DNA of 64,000 bases from contig JBGANV010000003.1 in assembly GCA_044222185.1 (NCBI GenBank), positions 672,001-736,000 of the forward strand, in the 5' to 3' direction. The DNA comes from Planctomycetota bacterium. GTDB lineage: Bacteria > Planctomycetota > GCA-002687715 > CAIWVZ01. The notes under the pieces are model-generated. The model was not told where the DNA came from. It saw nothing but the letters and a program-made list of their open reading frames with translations, and did not search any database. Positions 19,160 to 28,876 of this stretch are shown here, one piece after another. The number at the start of each line of letters is the position of its first letter. The first letter of the stretch is position 1. A program made the position numbers and the translations under genes.

Positions 19160-20591
19160 GGAGTTCGACGAATTCGACGCCAAGCACGCCGGCGATGGTC
19201 CGCAGCTCCTCGATCCAGTCGCCGTAGGTGCCGTGGATGTGGTTGCAGTGGAAGTTCCCCACGAAGGTCTCGGGCGAGCAGCCGAGCCGCGCGAGCGCGT
19301 GGGGCCAGTTGTCCTGTGTCGTGAACGCAAGCGCCTGGTCGTCCGCCGATCCGAAGCTCATGAACTCGGCACGCACGGCGGTCAAGCGGTACTTCGCGGT
19401 GCCGCATCGCGTGAAGCGCCCGAGCGTGACCTTCCCCGGTGACGCGATGTGGTAGACGGCGGCCCCGCCCGCTGGGAAGTAGAAGCCCTGCGGCTTGAAC
19501 GAAACGCGGGGCAGGTTTTCACGCGGGTCGTGGCTGCGACCGGCGAAATAGGTCGCGTGGTTGCCGGAGTTGCAGAGGTCCCAGACGCCTTCGCGCTCGA
19601 AGTAGTGCCGCACGTCGGCAAACAGGCTGGGCTCGCCCGACAGAAGGTGGAAGACCTGCATCGTGAGGGCCGCGTCCATGTCGGCTTCCGTCGAGCAGAC
19701 GATGGGGTCCTTCGGTCCGTCGAAATCGTAGGGGTCGTTCAGGAACGCCTCGGCGATGTCGGCCGTCGCGTAGTGCTCGGTGAGCTCGCGCTGCCCCTTG
19801 ATGCCGCAGAAGTCGTAGCCGAACTCTGCACAGAGCTCCTTCGCGGCGTAGTACATGGAGATCTGGCGCTTGAGCAGATCCGGCGTCAGCCGTCCCTTGG
19901 AGTCGTCGGCCCACTCGATCTTGCCGACGTGCTTCTCGCACCAGCGGAACGCCGCCTCGACGCGATCCTTCGCGACGAGCCCCGCGCGACGCACGAGTTC
20001 CATCTGATCGACGTGGTCGACGTCGATGCCGAACTGTTTCATCCACAGCGCCGGATCGGCGACGGCCGTGTCGATGCCGAGCGAGCGTCCGCCGAAGAGC
20101 CCGAACGTCTGCCCGCGCAGACGATGCGCCGTGGCCACGGCGCGGATCTGGCTCACGAGGCGGCCTCTGACGTGCGCGTCGTCCGTATCGCCGAACGTCT
20201 TGAAGAACGACACGTCGGCCTGAGCCAGCGACCCGGATGCGGCGAGCATGCCCACGAGCCCCGGGTAGCGCGGGTTGACGTTGGAGAACTGAATGATCGG
20301 CTGCGGGAGGATCTGGCTCGCCACGCGTGAATACTGCGGCCAGGCCCACACCGCGTAATTGAACACCACCACGTCCACGTCCGCCGAGCGCAGCTGCTTG
20401 GCGTTCTTCTCGGCGAGGTCGTTGCGCCAGATGACGTCCTCACCCTCGACGACCTGCATGCCTTCGGCTTCGAGAACCTCGCGCAGGCCCTTCGTGAATC
20501 GCGCATTCACCTCCGAGAGGGGCCCCTGGAGAAACTCGCGGCCGTCACCGAACGTGAGAACACCGACGCGGATGGGTCGTTTCTGGCTCAT
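19152..20591 (-). CDS. L-fucose/D-arabinose isomerase family protein (short FucI-like)
   Basis: YPGLVGMLAASG, GGRSLGI, AEAFLNDPYDFDGPK, STEAD, LFADVRHY, DLCNSG, WPHA, CNHIHGTYGD. Confidence 0.85.
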   Translation of the reverse strand: MSQKRPIRVGVLTFGDGREFLQGPLSEVNARFTKGLREVLEAEGMQVVEGEDVIWRNDLAEKNAKQLRSADVDVVVFNYAVWAWPQYSRVASQILPQPIIQFSNVNPRYPGLVGMLAASGSLAQADVSFFKTFGDTDDAHVRGRLVSQIRAVATAHRLRGQTFGLFGGRSLGIDTAVADPALWMKQFGIDVDHVDQMELVRRAGLVAKDRVEAAFRWCEKHVGKIEWADDSKGRLTPDLLKRQISMYYAAKELCAEFGYDFCGIKGQRELTEHYATADIAEAFLNDPYDFDGPKDPIVCSTEADMDAALTMQVFHLLSGEPSLFADVRHYFEREGVWDLCNSGNHATYFAGRSHDPRENLPRVSFKPQGFYFPAGGAAVYHIASPGKVTLGRFTRCGTAKYRLTAVRAEFMSFGSADDQALAFTTQDNWPHALARLGCSPETFVGNFHCNHIHGTYGDWIEELRTIAGVLGVEFVELRD

Positions 20592-20806
20592 GCTTCGTGG
20601 CTCGCTCTCGCCGGCTGAGGCGAGCGCGCAACGTACCACGGGGCGAACGATCAGGGCAACGCGGAGAGCCGGTCCTGCCCCGAGCCCCGGCGCGCGCGAA
20701 ACCTGATGGAGGACCCACGTGACTTTCGGCGGAGCGATTCCCGGCGCTTCCCTTCGCCCGACGCCTTCCGATAGGATCCGGCCGTCACGGCGGGCGCGGG
20801 CACGAC

Positions 20807-23791
20807 ATGTCGAAGCGAGCGAGAGTCTGGGTCGGCGTCGGATTGGTGGCGGCGGTTGTCGCGGCGTGGGCGTTCGTCGTCAGTCGCGAGGAGGCGCGGG
20901 CGCGGGTCGCCGTCGCACGACTTGCGGATGAAGCTCACGCGACCGAGCCCGACGGCGAGTCTCGCCCCGCATCTCGCAGCCAACTGCGGACCATCGCCTC
21001 GCCCTTCGATCCGTCCGCGGATCCTGCCAACGCGCCGGTGAAGACGCGCGTGATCCTGGGCCGACTCGTCGGTCCGGGGCGGTTCCCCGTGGTGGACGCA
21101 AGCGTCGTGGTCACGGGCGGCGATCAGTCGGTGACGACCACGAGCGATGCAGCTGGGGCATTTCACGTCGACCTTCCGTTTGCGGCCACGTCCGACGACT
21201 CGGTAACGGTCGCGGTCCACGCGCGCGCGCCGGACTCGATCGGCGCGATCACGACGTCGTGGTTCAACCCGCAGATCCCCTCCCCGCTCGACCTCGGGAT
21301 CATTCCGTGCGCACCCATGCTGACGCACGTCATTCGCGTCGTCGGCGACGAAGGAACTGTGGCCCATGCGCACGTCCGCATCGCGCCCGCCCCTTGGATG
21401 ACGCCGGTCCTGGTCGACGCTACCGCCGACGGCCATGGCGAACTGTCCTTCGGCTGGGTGCGCTCGTGGCCGTGGGTCGCACGCGTCGTGACGCGCGACG
21501 GGCGTATGGGCGTGGGCGTGCCGCCGAAGGAAATCGACGAGCCCACGTCGCTGACGGTGCGCGTCGGTGCGTCCGAGCGGATCACGGTGGACGTCCGATC
21601 GGACACGGACGACAAACCGGTGCCGGGCACCTCGGTGAGCGTGGTTATGGGCGCCGAGGGCGATCCCGTGGCTCTTTCCGCGCCCGCCGTGTCGGACGCC
21701 GACGGCCGATGTGTCTTCGACGTGTTTGCTCCACGCGCCAGGCTCTCCGTGCGTGCAGCGCCGCCCGCCGGTTGGCAACTGCCCGACCCCGCGGTCGCCG
21801 AATTCGCCTTGGGGGACAAGCGCGACTTGACGCTTCGATTGCGGCGGCACGCCGTCCCGCTCGGCATGCGGTGGCCGATCGAGCACGATGCGGCTACGCC
21901 GGCCGATGGGGCCTCCGTCGTCGTCCGACACCTGAGCTCATGGCTTCTCGGTGGCAAGTTCGCAGACGCACGCGTGCAGGGCGGAGTCCTCGTGGCGCCG
22001 ACGATTCCGCGATCGGGCGGGTGGAGTCCGTTCGCCATCGCGGTCGACGCGTCGGGCGCGGCCGCGCGGCTGACCCAGGCGGACGGACACGAGGTGGGCG
22101 AGCCGATCCGGTTCGCGCCGCTGTGCCACCTCGTCGTCCACGTCGTGGCGGAGAACAAGCCCGTCGGTGGCGCGGACGTGCAGCTCGTCGCATCCGCCGC
22201 CAACGTCGCGTTGACGCATCCGCGCACGACGAACGCGGACGGAGACGCGATCTTCGAGGCGTTGTGGCCGGACACCTACGCCGTCGACATCCACCTGCCG
22301 ACGGCTGCCCGATGGAACCGGCTACGGGCTGACTCGTTCACCATCGCCGACGGAGAGCGGTCGAAGCGCGTCGCCGTCGATCTGGGCGCGCCGCTCCAGG
22401 TCACCGCACACGTCACGGTCAACGGCGCGCGGCGGCTGCCAGACGACTTTCAGATCGACCACGACCGTTCGCAAACGATGATCACGGATTGGCGCGAGGA
22501 CCCGTCATCAGCCACCGTCACGTTCCAACTCTGGAGCCAGACGCACGACGTCGTCCCCATGTTGGAATTCAGCTCGAACGGCATGCCCAACGTGGTGATC
22601 AGAAGCGCGAGCGACTTGCCGTGGCCCGCTGGAGGTCGACTCGACGTCGCTGTCCCGTTCACCAAGGGGCTCTCGATCACGGCGACCGTCATCCCCGCAC
22701 CCGGGCTCAGCCTCCAACTACGGCTCAACGAGTGGCCTCACGTCGACGCGCACGCGTTCGTCTACTGGCGCAGCGACTCGAGTCAGCCGCCCTCGCCAGA
22801 TGGCCGGCTCCGATTCACGCTGCCGGACGTGCCCCCAGGCCGTTACTGCCTAGTCGACGCAACGACCGGGCGCCGCTCCGAAGTCGTCGAGATCGCGGAT
22901 CCGAACGCGCGATACGAGCTGTCACTCGATCTGAGCGGACTTCGCCCACAACGCGGCGTCGTCGTCGGGCCGCGGGAGCGTAGCGTCAAGGGTGCGTTGG
23001 TGCTCGTGAAGGATGCGATGAGTGAGCCGCCACGAACCGAGGATACGGTGACGACCTCGGTCGACGACGACGGCACATTCGTCGTCCCGATCCCTGTCGG
23101 GCACGAGAGCCGTGTGAGTGTATGGCATCCCGAGTTGCGCTCCTCGCCGACCCACGGCTCGGTGACGCTGACGGGGCCCGTGGACGCGCTGCAACTCGCG
23201 CTCCTGGCACCACCGCGTGCGACGCTGACTCTGACAGGTGACGTGCCGACCACGACGACCGACGCAAGCGACGCAGAGGCGCCGCGCATCGGATCGGTCG
23301 TCCTCGTCGAGCCCGGGCCAAAGGCGGCCGCCATCGATACGTTCCCCCTCTTCGCACGAGGCGGCCAGGCGTGGTTCGAATACGACGAGGGACGGACGTG
23401 CAGGATCCGCGTCCACGTGGACGGCAAACCGCTCGCGTGGATCGGCCCCGTAGCTCTCCCCGACGACGGCACCGTGGAACTCGGCCGCGTGAAGCTCGAT
23501 CCAGGTGGACGACTGCGGATCGAACTCGCTCCGAGCGCCAACGTGGAGGCGGAGTCCTACGCCGTTTGGCTTTCGTCAGACGACCCCGTGCAAAACCTCC
23601 TGAACGGCTACGAGCGGAACGTTCGCCATGACGAGCCCGTCGTGACCTTCGACCCCGTCGTCCCCGGCACCTACTTCTTGCGCATCACACCTCGACTCCA
23701 GTCGCCGCGAACCCCGAGGCCGTCCCACATCCTCACGCGCACGATCACCATCGATTCAGGCCGCGAGACGTTCGTGAGGTACGCGCCATGA
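20807..23791 (+). CDS. Membrane-anchored protein with multiple carboxypeptidase-regulatory-like beta-sandwich repeats
   Basis: N-terminal TM helix; repeated GRLV..G..V.DASV...TTSDAAGAF, TTNADGDAIFEALWPDTY, DVPPGRY, VVPGTY. Confidence 0.7.
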   Translation: MSKRARVWVGVGLVAAVVAAWAFVVSREEARARVAVARLADEAHATEPDGESRPASRSQLRTIASPFDPSADPANAPVKTRVILGRLVGPGRFPVVDASVVVTGGDQSVTTTSDAAGAFHVDLPFAATSDDSVTVAVHARAPDSIGAITTSWFNPQIPSPLDLGIIPCAPMLTHVIRVVGDEGTVAHAHVRIAPAPWMTPVLVDATADGHGELSFGWVRSWPWVARVVTRDGRMGVGVPPKEIDEPTSLTVRVGASERITVDVRSDTDDKPVPGTSVSVVMGAEGDPVALSAPAVSDADGRCVFDVFAPRARLSVRAAPPAGWQLPDPAVAEFALGDKRDLTLRLRRHAVPLGMRWPIEHDAATPADGASVVVRHLSSWLLGGKFADARVQGGVLVAPTIPRSGGWSPFAIAVDASGAAARLTQADGHEVGEPIRFAPLCHLVVHVVAENKPVGGADVQLVASAANVALTHPRTTNADGDAIFEALWPDTYAVDIHLPTAARWNRLRADSFTIADGERSKRVAVDLGAPLQVTAHVTVNGARRLPDDFQIDHDRSQTMITDWREDPSSATVTFQLWSQTHDVVPMLEFSSNGMPNVVIRSASDLPWPAGGRLDVAVPFTKGLSITATVIPAPGLSLQLRLNEWPHVDAHAFVYWRSDSSQPPSPDGRLRFTLPDVPPGRYCLVDATTGRRSEVVEIADPNARYELSLDLSGLRPQRGVVVGPRERSVKGALVLVKDAMSEPPRTEDTVTTSVDDDGTFVVPIPVGHESRVSVWHPELRSSPTHGSVTLTGPVDALQLALLAPPRATLTLTGDVPTTTTDASDAEAPRIGSVVLVEPGPKAAAIDTFPLFARGGQAWFEYDEGRTCRIRVHVDGKPLAWIGPVALPDDGTVELGRVKLDPGGRLRIELAPSANVEAESYAVWLSSDDPVQNLLNGYERNVRHDEPVVTFDPVVPGTYFLRITPRLQSPRTPRPSHILTRTITIDSGRETFVRYAP

Positions 23792-25425
23792 AGCGGATCG
23801 TCCTGCGAAGCGCCGCGATCGTGGCGTTGATCGGTTTCGCCGCGGGCACGGCGTGGCTCGGGGAGCGATCCGCACGAGAGACGACGGCCGATACGCGGGG
23901 CGACACGGAGGCGGACGCGGCGTTGTTGGCGCTGCGGAAGCTCCCCATCACCGAACCGGTCGAGGGTGGGATCGTCGTGCGCATCGTCTCCGAATCAGGC
24001 ACGCCGTGCGGGGGCGCCGACGTCTTCTGCACGCCGGAGGCCGATCTCGTCACTCGCCATCCGGCGGAGGTGGGCTCGTTTCTCCCCGATCTCGAGAACT
24101 GGATCGCGCCCCTCGCCACGCGCTACCGCACGGACGCCTCGGGAGAGACTCGCATCGCCCACGACTCGGATCGGATCCTCATCGCCGTTCATGCGGAGGC
24201 GGGAACGAGTGCTGCGCGATGGGCCGAGGGGGAACGCGCGCCGTTCACGATCGCGGTCGGCCCGGAGCGGCGCGTGCGCGTGCTGGTGGTCGACGACGAC
24301 GACGTGGGGGTCCCAGGCATGACCGTCAGCTTGAATCCGCTGCAAGAGCTGGAGTCGGCTCGCATGACGCGCGTCACGGGAACGAACGGGTTCGTGACTC
24401 TCGGGTGCCTGTCGCGCCTCTTGCGCGGTGTCAGTCCCGGCCGCGTCGATCAGGCGACGGTGTCGATCGCCGTGCCGAGCCCGTCGGCCGGCTCGGCCTC
24501 CGTCGACCTGCGGAATCCGCCCCGCGACTTCGTGGTGCTGCGGCAGAGGGAAGGCGGCACGCTGCGGATCACCGTCGTCGATCGATCGGGCGCGCCCATT
24601 CGGGAGGAGACGCCCATCACCGTCGCGCCGCGAGGCCGGAGTCAGGACGATGGGAAGGCCGGCAGATCCTCGGGGAATCCGCCGAGAATGACGCGATCGG
24701 ACGGAACCCTGACGCTCGAACGCGTCCCGTTGGGGTTCGAAATGGAGGTCACCGTCACGGCGGACGAGTACTCGCCGGCGAAGACGAAGATCAAAGGGCC
24801 AACGCACGCGGGCGAGACGATCGACGTCGCCGTGGCCGTCGGTGCCGCCGTGCCGGTCGTCCGCTTTCGCGTCGCGGCGGTGAGCGGACGGGCCCTGGCC
24901 TCGCGGGGCTTTCAGCTTCGGTGCGAGGATCGGGACGTCTCGGGAACAGTCGTCCCACGTCGGTCGACCCCGCAGACGGACTCCGAAGGCTTTGCGCGGT
25001 TTGCGTGGCGCGATGTCTCATCCTCGCTCGCGCGTCCGCCAGCGTTCGTGGAGATCACGATGCTCGATGGCCGGTGCGGCCTCATCGAGCTCCCGGCGAC
25101 GCTCGCGGTTGGAATCAACGACCTGGCCGACGTCGTCGTGCGCGAGACCGCCGTCGTCGCGGAGGGGTGGGTGATCGACGGCGACGACCGCCCGGTCGAG
25201 GACGCGTCGGTGAGCGTCGTGCACCTGTCGGCGCGCGCCGGGGATCGGCCCCTCGAGTTCTGCTCGAAGCCGCCGACGCGAACGGGGTTGGACGGACATT
25301 TCGCGGTGCGCTCGTGGCTCCCCGATCCCTTCGCCCTGCGGATCACGAAGAGTGGCTCCCGGACGGTTCTCACGAAGCCCGTCGCGCGCAACGGCGCGCC
25401 GCAGACCTATCTCCTCGGTCGTTGA
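23788..25425 (+). CDS. Carboxypeptidase-regulatory-like domain protein
   Basis: ATGA overlap with previous gene; N-terminal TM; RTDASGE, TDSEGFA, GWVIDGDDRPVEDASV, RTGLDGHF. Confidence 0.7.
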   Translation: MKRIVLRSAAIVALIGFAAGTAWLGERSARETTADTRGDTEADAALLALRKLPITEPVEGGIVVRIVSESGTPCGGADVFCTPEADLVTRHPAEVGSFLPDLENWIAPLATRYRTDASGETRIAHDSDRILIAVHAEAGTSAARWAEGERAPFTIAVGPERRVRVLVVDDDDVGVPGMTVSLNPLQELESARMTRVTGTNGFVTLGCLSRLLRGVSPGRVDQATVSIAVPSPSAGSASVDLRNPPRDFVVLRQREGGTLRITVVDRSGAPIREETPITVAPRGRSQDDGKAGRSSGNPPRMTRSDGTLTLERVPLGFEMEVTVTADEYSPAKTKIKGPTHAGETIDVAVAVGAAVPVVRFRVAAVSGRALASRGFQLRCEDRDVSGTVVPRRSTPQTDSEGFARFAWRDVSSSLARPPAFVEITMLDGRCGLIELPATLAVGINDLADVVVRETAVVAEGWVIDGDDRPVEDASVSVVHLSARAGDRPLEFCSKPPTRTGLDGHFAVRSWLPDPFALRITKSGSRTVLTKPVARNGAPQTYLLGR

Positions 25426-25441
25426 ACGGGACGCTTGCGAT

Positions 25442-25640
25442 TCAGAACACGATGTCGTGCGCCGCGCTCGCCGCGTACGTTCCGTTCGCCGCGAGCGGGT
25501 GCACGGCGAAGAACTGGAGCCGCACGGTCAAGCCGCCGAGCCCCATGGGGACCACGTAGCTCAAGTCGATTCCCGTCGGCGGCAGTGGATCGCCGCCGCC
25601 GTCGAGCCACAGAGCGAAGTCCACGTCTTCGTTCGATCCC
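25442..25640 (-). pseudogene. 3' stump of a secreted-protein gene (end of the shared C-terminal domain only)
   Basis: DVDFALWLDGGGDPLPPTGIDLSYVVPMGLGGLTVRLQFFAVHPLAANGTYAASAAHDIVF* with coding-like codon bias. The upstream part is replaced by the repeat array starting at 25642. Confidence 0.65.
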
Positions 25641-25641
25641 G

Positions 25642-26204
25642 GGAACGCCAAGCTCTGCCTCGCCGGTTCGGCAGGGCTCCTGCCCTGCCGCGAACGTCGA
25701 CGACCGCGCCATCGCTGTCGACATCCCGACAACTCCACTTCCCGCACCACCGTCCGAGCGGCCGTCAGCACATCGGGCAGGGCAGAGCCCTGCCGTCCGG
25801 CCGCGTCGAAACGCGGCGCTCCCCGCGCACCGCTTCCCGTGCGTGCTGCGCCGGAACGCCAGGCTCTGCCTGGCCGGTTCGGCAGGGGTCCTGCCCTGCC
25901 GTGAACGTCGACGGCCGCGCCATCGCTGTCGACATCCCGACAACTCCACTTCCCGCACCACCGTCCGAACGGCCGTCAGCACATCGGGCAGGGCGGAGCC
26001 CTGCCGTCCGGCCGCGTCGAAACGCGGCGCTCCCCGCGCACCACTTCCCGAGCGTGCTGCGTCGGAACGCCAGGCTCTGCCTGGCTGGTTCGGCAGGGCT
26101 CCTGCCCTGCCGCGAACGTCGACGACCGCGCCATCGCTGTCGACCTCCCAACGAATCCAGCTCCGCACCACCGTCCGTCCGGCCGCGTGGAAACGCGGCG
26201 CTCC
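25642..26204. repeat. Tandem array of 211-bp REP/BIME-like units (2 full, 1 internally deleted)
   Basis: GGAACGCCA starts at 25642, 25853 and 26064 (period 211). Units are near identical, each with hairpins GGCAGGGC-TCCT-GCCCTGCC and CCGCGT-CGAA-ACGCGG. Confidence 0.92.
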
Positions 26205-26212
26205 CGCGCCCC

Positions 26213-26860
26213 TCACTTCGCCGCGGGATTGACCGTATCGCTGACCGCGTAATCGGCGATCTTGTAGGACTTGTCGTCGCGCACGAGGTTGACTTCCAGG
26301 AGCAACGCTCCCAGCTCGTCGTGGCGACTGTTCTCGTTCCCGAGCAGGAGCGTGTAGCCGAGCACGAACCCGCGGGGCCATTTCCGGTTGCCGCTGCGCT
26401 TGGATGCGAACCGGACGTCGCGCACGAAGCCGCGCGCGTCGAACAGCTTCGTCCAGTCCTCGACGAAGACGTCGAACGGGACGTCGAGCTGTTTCTCGGG
26501 CATCAGCATGTCCCACGCCGCGCGGAGCCCCGTGACCGGCGCATCCTCGGGCTTGGCTCCGGAGCCCTTGACATAGCCGTTCGCAAGTCCGATGCGCTGC
26601 ACGAACAGCTCGGCGACGTCCTCGTGGCGCGGGCCACGGTCACCGCGATCCCTGAACACCATGATCCCGAGCGCCGCCAGCCCCCAGAGGATTCCCACGG
26701 CGATGGCGGCCGCGATCCACGGGTTGCGTCGGGAAGGCTTGCGCGGCCCGAAGCGCGAATGCGGCGGGCGGCCGACGCCCTGCGCCATCGGGGGCGGCAC
26801 CGGTGGCGGAGTCGATGAGGGTGGCGACGGAGGCGTCGAGTTCGGAGGCACGCCAGCCAT
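26213..26860 (-). CDS. Hypothetical single-pass membrane protein with Pro-rich N-terminus
   Basis: PPNSTPPSPPSSTPPPVPPP, then TM WIAAAIAVGILWGLAALGIMVF, then a soluble domain; GC3-biased. Confidence 0.65.
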   Translation of the reverse strand: MAGVPPNSTPPSPPSSTPPPVPPPMAQGVGRPPHSRFGPRKPSRRNPWIAAAIAVGILWGLAALGIMVFRDRGDRGPRHEDVAELFVQRIGLANGYVKGSGAKPEDAPVTGLRAAWDMLMPEKQLDVPFDVFVEDWTKLFDARGFVRDVRFASKRSGNRKWPRGFVLGYTLLLGNENSRHDELGALLLEVNLVRDDKSYKIADYAVSDTVNPAAK

Positions 26861-27018
26861 GAGGCAACAGAATACCCCCGCCGCGGGCGGGAGACGAGCC
26901 ACACCGCGCGCTCGTCGCCGCTTCCGGCCACTGCTAAGCTCGCGCCCTCCCTCGGCATGACGGCCACCTTCACACCTCCGCCGGCACCTCCCGGACCCGG
27001 GACCCGAGCATCTCGTTC

Positions 27019-27666
27019 ATGAGCGGTTGGAGCGCGTCGGCATTCATCGTCGGGTCCTACCTCGTCGGATCCATCTCGTTTGCCTACATCCTCGTGCGCC
27101 AGCTCCGTGGCATCGACTTGCGCACGGTAGGCAGCGGGAACCTCGGCGCGACGAATGCTGGCCGCGTGCTCGGGCGGAAGCTCGGGATCCTCATCTACTT
27201 CCTCGACTTCCTGAAGGGATTCGCGCCGGTCGCCATCGCCAAGGAGGCGCTCGGCGATCCGTCGTTGCCTGGCAGCCTCTCGATCCCGGTCTCACTCGCC
27301 GCCGGCTTCGCTGCCTTCCTCGGGCACTGCTACCCCCTGTGGCACCAGTTCAAGGGTGGCAAGGGCGTGGCGACGGCGTCCGGTCTCATCCTGGCCCTCG
27401 CACCGCTCGTCGGCATCGCGACGCTCGCCGTCTTCGGCCTCGTGCTCGCGATCTTCCGCATGGTCTCGCTCGGCAGTATCGTCGCCTCGATCGCGCTGCC
27501 GCTCCTCTTTTGGGCCTGGAATCGCGAGACCGCCTTCGCGCGACCGAAGTCCTGGACGCTCGCGCTCTTCGTATTCGTCTCAGTCTGGGTCGTCATCCGC
27601 CATCGAAAGAACGTGAGCCGCATCGTGAGTGGACAGGAACCGAAGATCGGAGGGAAGCGGGCGTGA
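27019..27666 (+). CDS. plsY: Glycerol-3-phosphate acyltransferase PlsY
   Basis: YLVGSI, DLRTVGSGNLGATNAGR, DFLKG, GHCYPLWHQFKGGKGVAT, RHRKNVSRIVSGQEPK. Confidence 0.96.
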   Translation: MSGWSASAFIVGSYLVGSISFAYILVRQLRGIDLRTVGSGNLGATNAGRVLGRKLGILIYFLDFLKGFAPVAIAKEALGDPSLPGSLSIPVSLAAGFAAFLGHCYPLWHQFKGGKGVATASGLILALAPLVGIATLAVFGLVLAIFRMVSLGSIVASIALPLLFWAWNRETAFARPKSWTLALFVFVSVWVVIRHRKNVSRIVSGQEPKIGGKRA

Positions 27667-28658
27667 GCGCGAAGTACGCAGTGATCGGAAACGGTGGTTG
27701 GGGCACGGCCGTGGGACTTCTCCTTCTCGAGCGCGGACATCCCGTGACGATCTGGGGTCATGATGCCGACTACGTGGACGTCGTCCGGACGAAACGCGAG
27801 AACGTGAAGTACCTCCCCGGAGTGTCGCTGCCGCGTGATCTCGTGTTCACGCACGACCGGGACGAGGCTCTGAACAAGGCGGCCGTCATCATCAACGCCG
27901 TTCCCACGCAATGGGTGCGCGGGGTCTTCGGCGACTTCCAGGGCGTGGTGCGGCCCAAGCAGCTCATCCTTTCGCTGTCGAAGGGAATCGAGATCGGCAC
28001 GCTGCTTCGACCAAGCCAGGTCCTCCGCGAGTTGTTCCCACGCAACACGATCGCCGTGCTTTCGGGTCCGAGTCACGCCGAAGAGGTGGCACGGCACAGC
28101 CCCGCGTCCGTCGTCATCGCCACGCGCTCGCACCCGATCGCCCGCAAACTGCAGAACGCCCTGACGACCCCGCGCTTCCGCGTCTACACGAACGTGGATC
28201 CGGCGGGCGTCGAGCTTGGTGGTGCCCTGAAGAACGTCATCGCGATCGCGGCGGGAATCTGCGACGGGCTCGGATTCGGCGACAACACCAAGGCCGCGCT
28301 CGTCACGCGCGGGCTGGTCGAGATCTCGCGCCTCGCACGCAAGATGGGCGCCAAGCCCAACACCATGCAGGGACTCGCCGGCATGGGCGACCTCATCACC
28401 AGCGCATTCTCGCGCCACGGCCGCAATCGTTTCGTGGGCGAGCGGCTCGGCAAGGGCGTCTCGCTGCAGAAGATCCTCGGCGACATGGAAATGGTGGCCG
28501 AGGGCGTGCCGACGACGAAGTCCACGCTTGCGCTCGCCCGACGTCACCGCGTCGACATGCCGATCGTGCGCGAGGTCTACGAGATCCTCTTCGAGGAGAA
28601 GCCGCCGCTCGAAGCGCTGACGTCGCTCATGACCCGCTCGACGAAGACCGAGCTCTGA
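27663..28658 (+). CDS. gpsA: NAD(P)H-dependent glycerol-3-phosphate dehydrogenase
   Basis: VIGNGGWGTA, SKGIE, LSGPSHAEEV, GVELGGALKNVIAIAAGICDG, GLAGMGDL, RNR. GTGA overlap with plsY. Confidence 0.96.
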   Translation: MSAKYAVIGNGGWGTAVGLLLLERGHPVTIWGHDADYVDVVRTKRENVKYLPGVSLPRDLVFTHDRDEALNKAAVIINAVPTQWVRGVFGDFQGVVRPKQLILSLSKGIEIGTLLRPSQVLRELFPRNTIAVLSGPSHAEEVARHSPASVVIATRSHPIARKLQNALTTPRFRVYTNVDPAGVELGGALKNVIAIAAGICDGLGFGDNTKAALVTRGLVEISRLARKMGAKPNTMQGLAGMGDLITSAFSRHGRNRFVGERLGKGVSLQKILGDMEMVAEGVPTTKSTLALARRHRVDMPIVREVYEILFEEKPPLEALTSLMTRSTKTEL

Positions 28659-28876
28659 CGGACGGGTCGGCGACGGCCCGGCTGAGCGCGGACTTCCGAC
28701 GGCGCACGCGACGAGCCTGGAGTGTCCCACCCTGAGCGTGGGCGGATGGGATCCCCGAGCGGCGGCGATCGAAAAATCGGGGTGCGCCTCGCTGACGCCT
28801 GTAAGCTGACGAGGCTTCACCGGTCCTTGCCAGGGCCGTCATGTCACTCGCCGTTTCCTACCGAAGGCGCCCTTTC

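Noticed and set aside
25642-26204. 211-bp (and 180-bp at 48370) arrays as CRISPR or as coding repeats
   Set aside because: Whole units are near identical with no unique spacers and no cas genes nearby. ORFs across them are low-complexity, and the 211-bp period is not a multiple of 3.
28690-28770. Possible fourth REP-like copy (GGAGTG-TCCCAC...GTGGG-CGG)
   Set aside because: Too degenerate, with no inverted partner end; cannot be supported without a covariance model.
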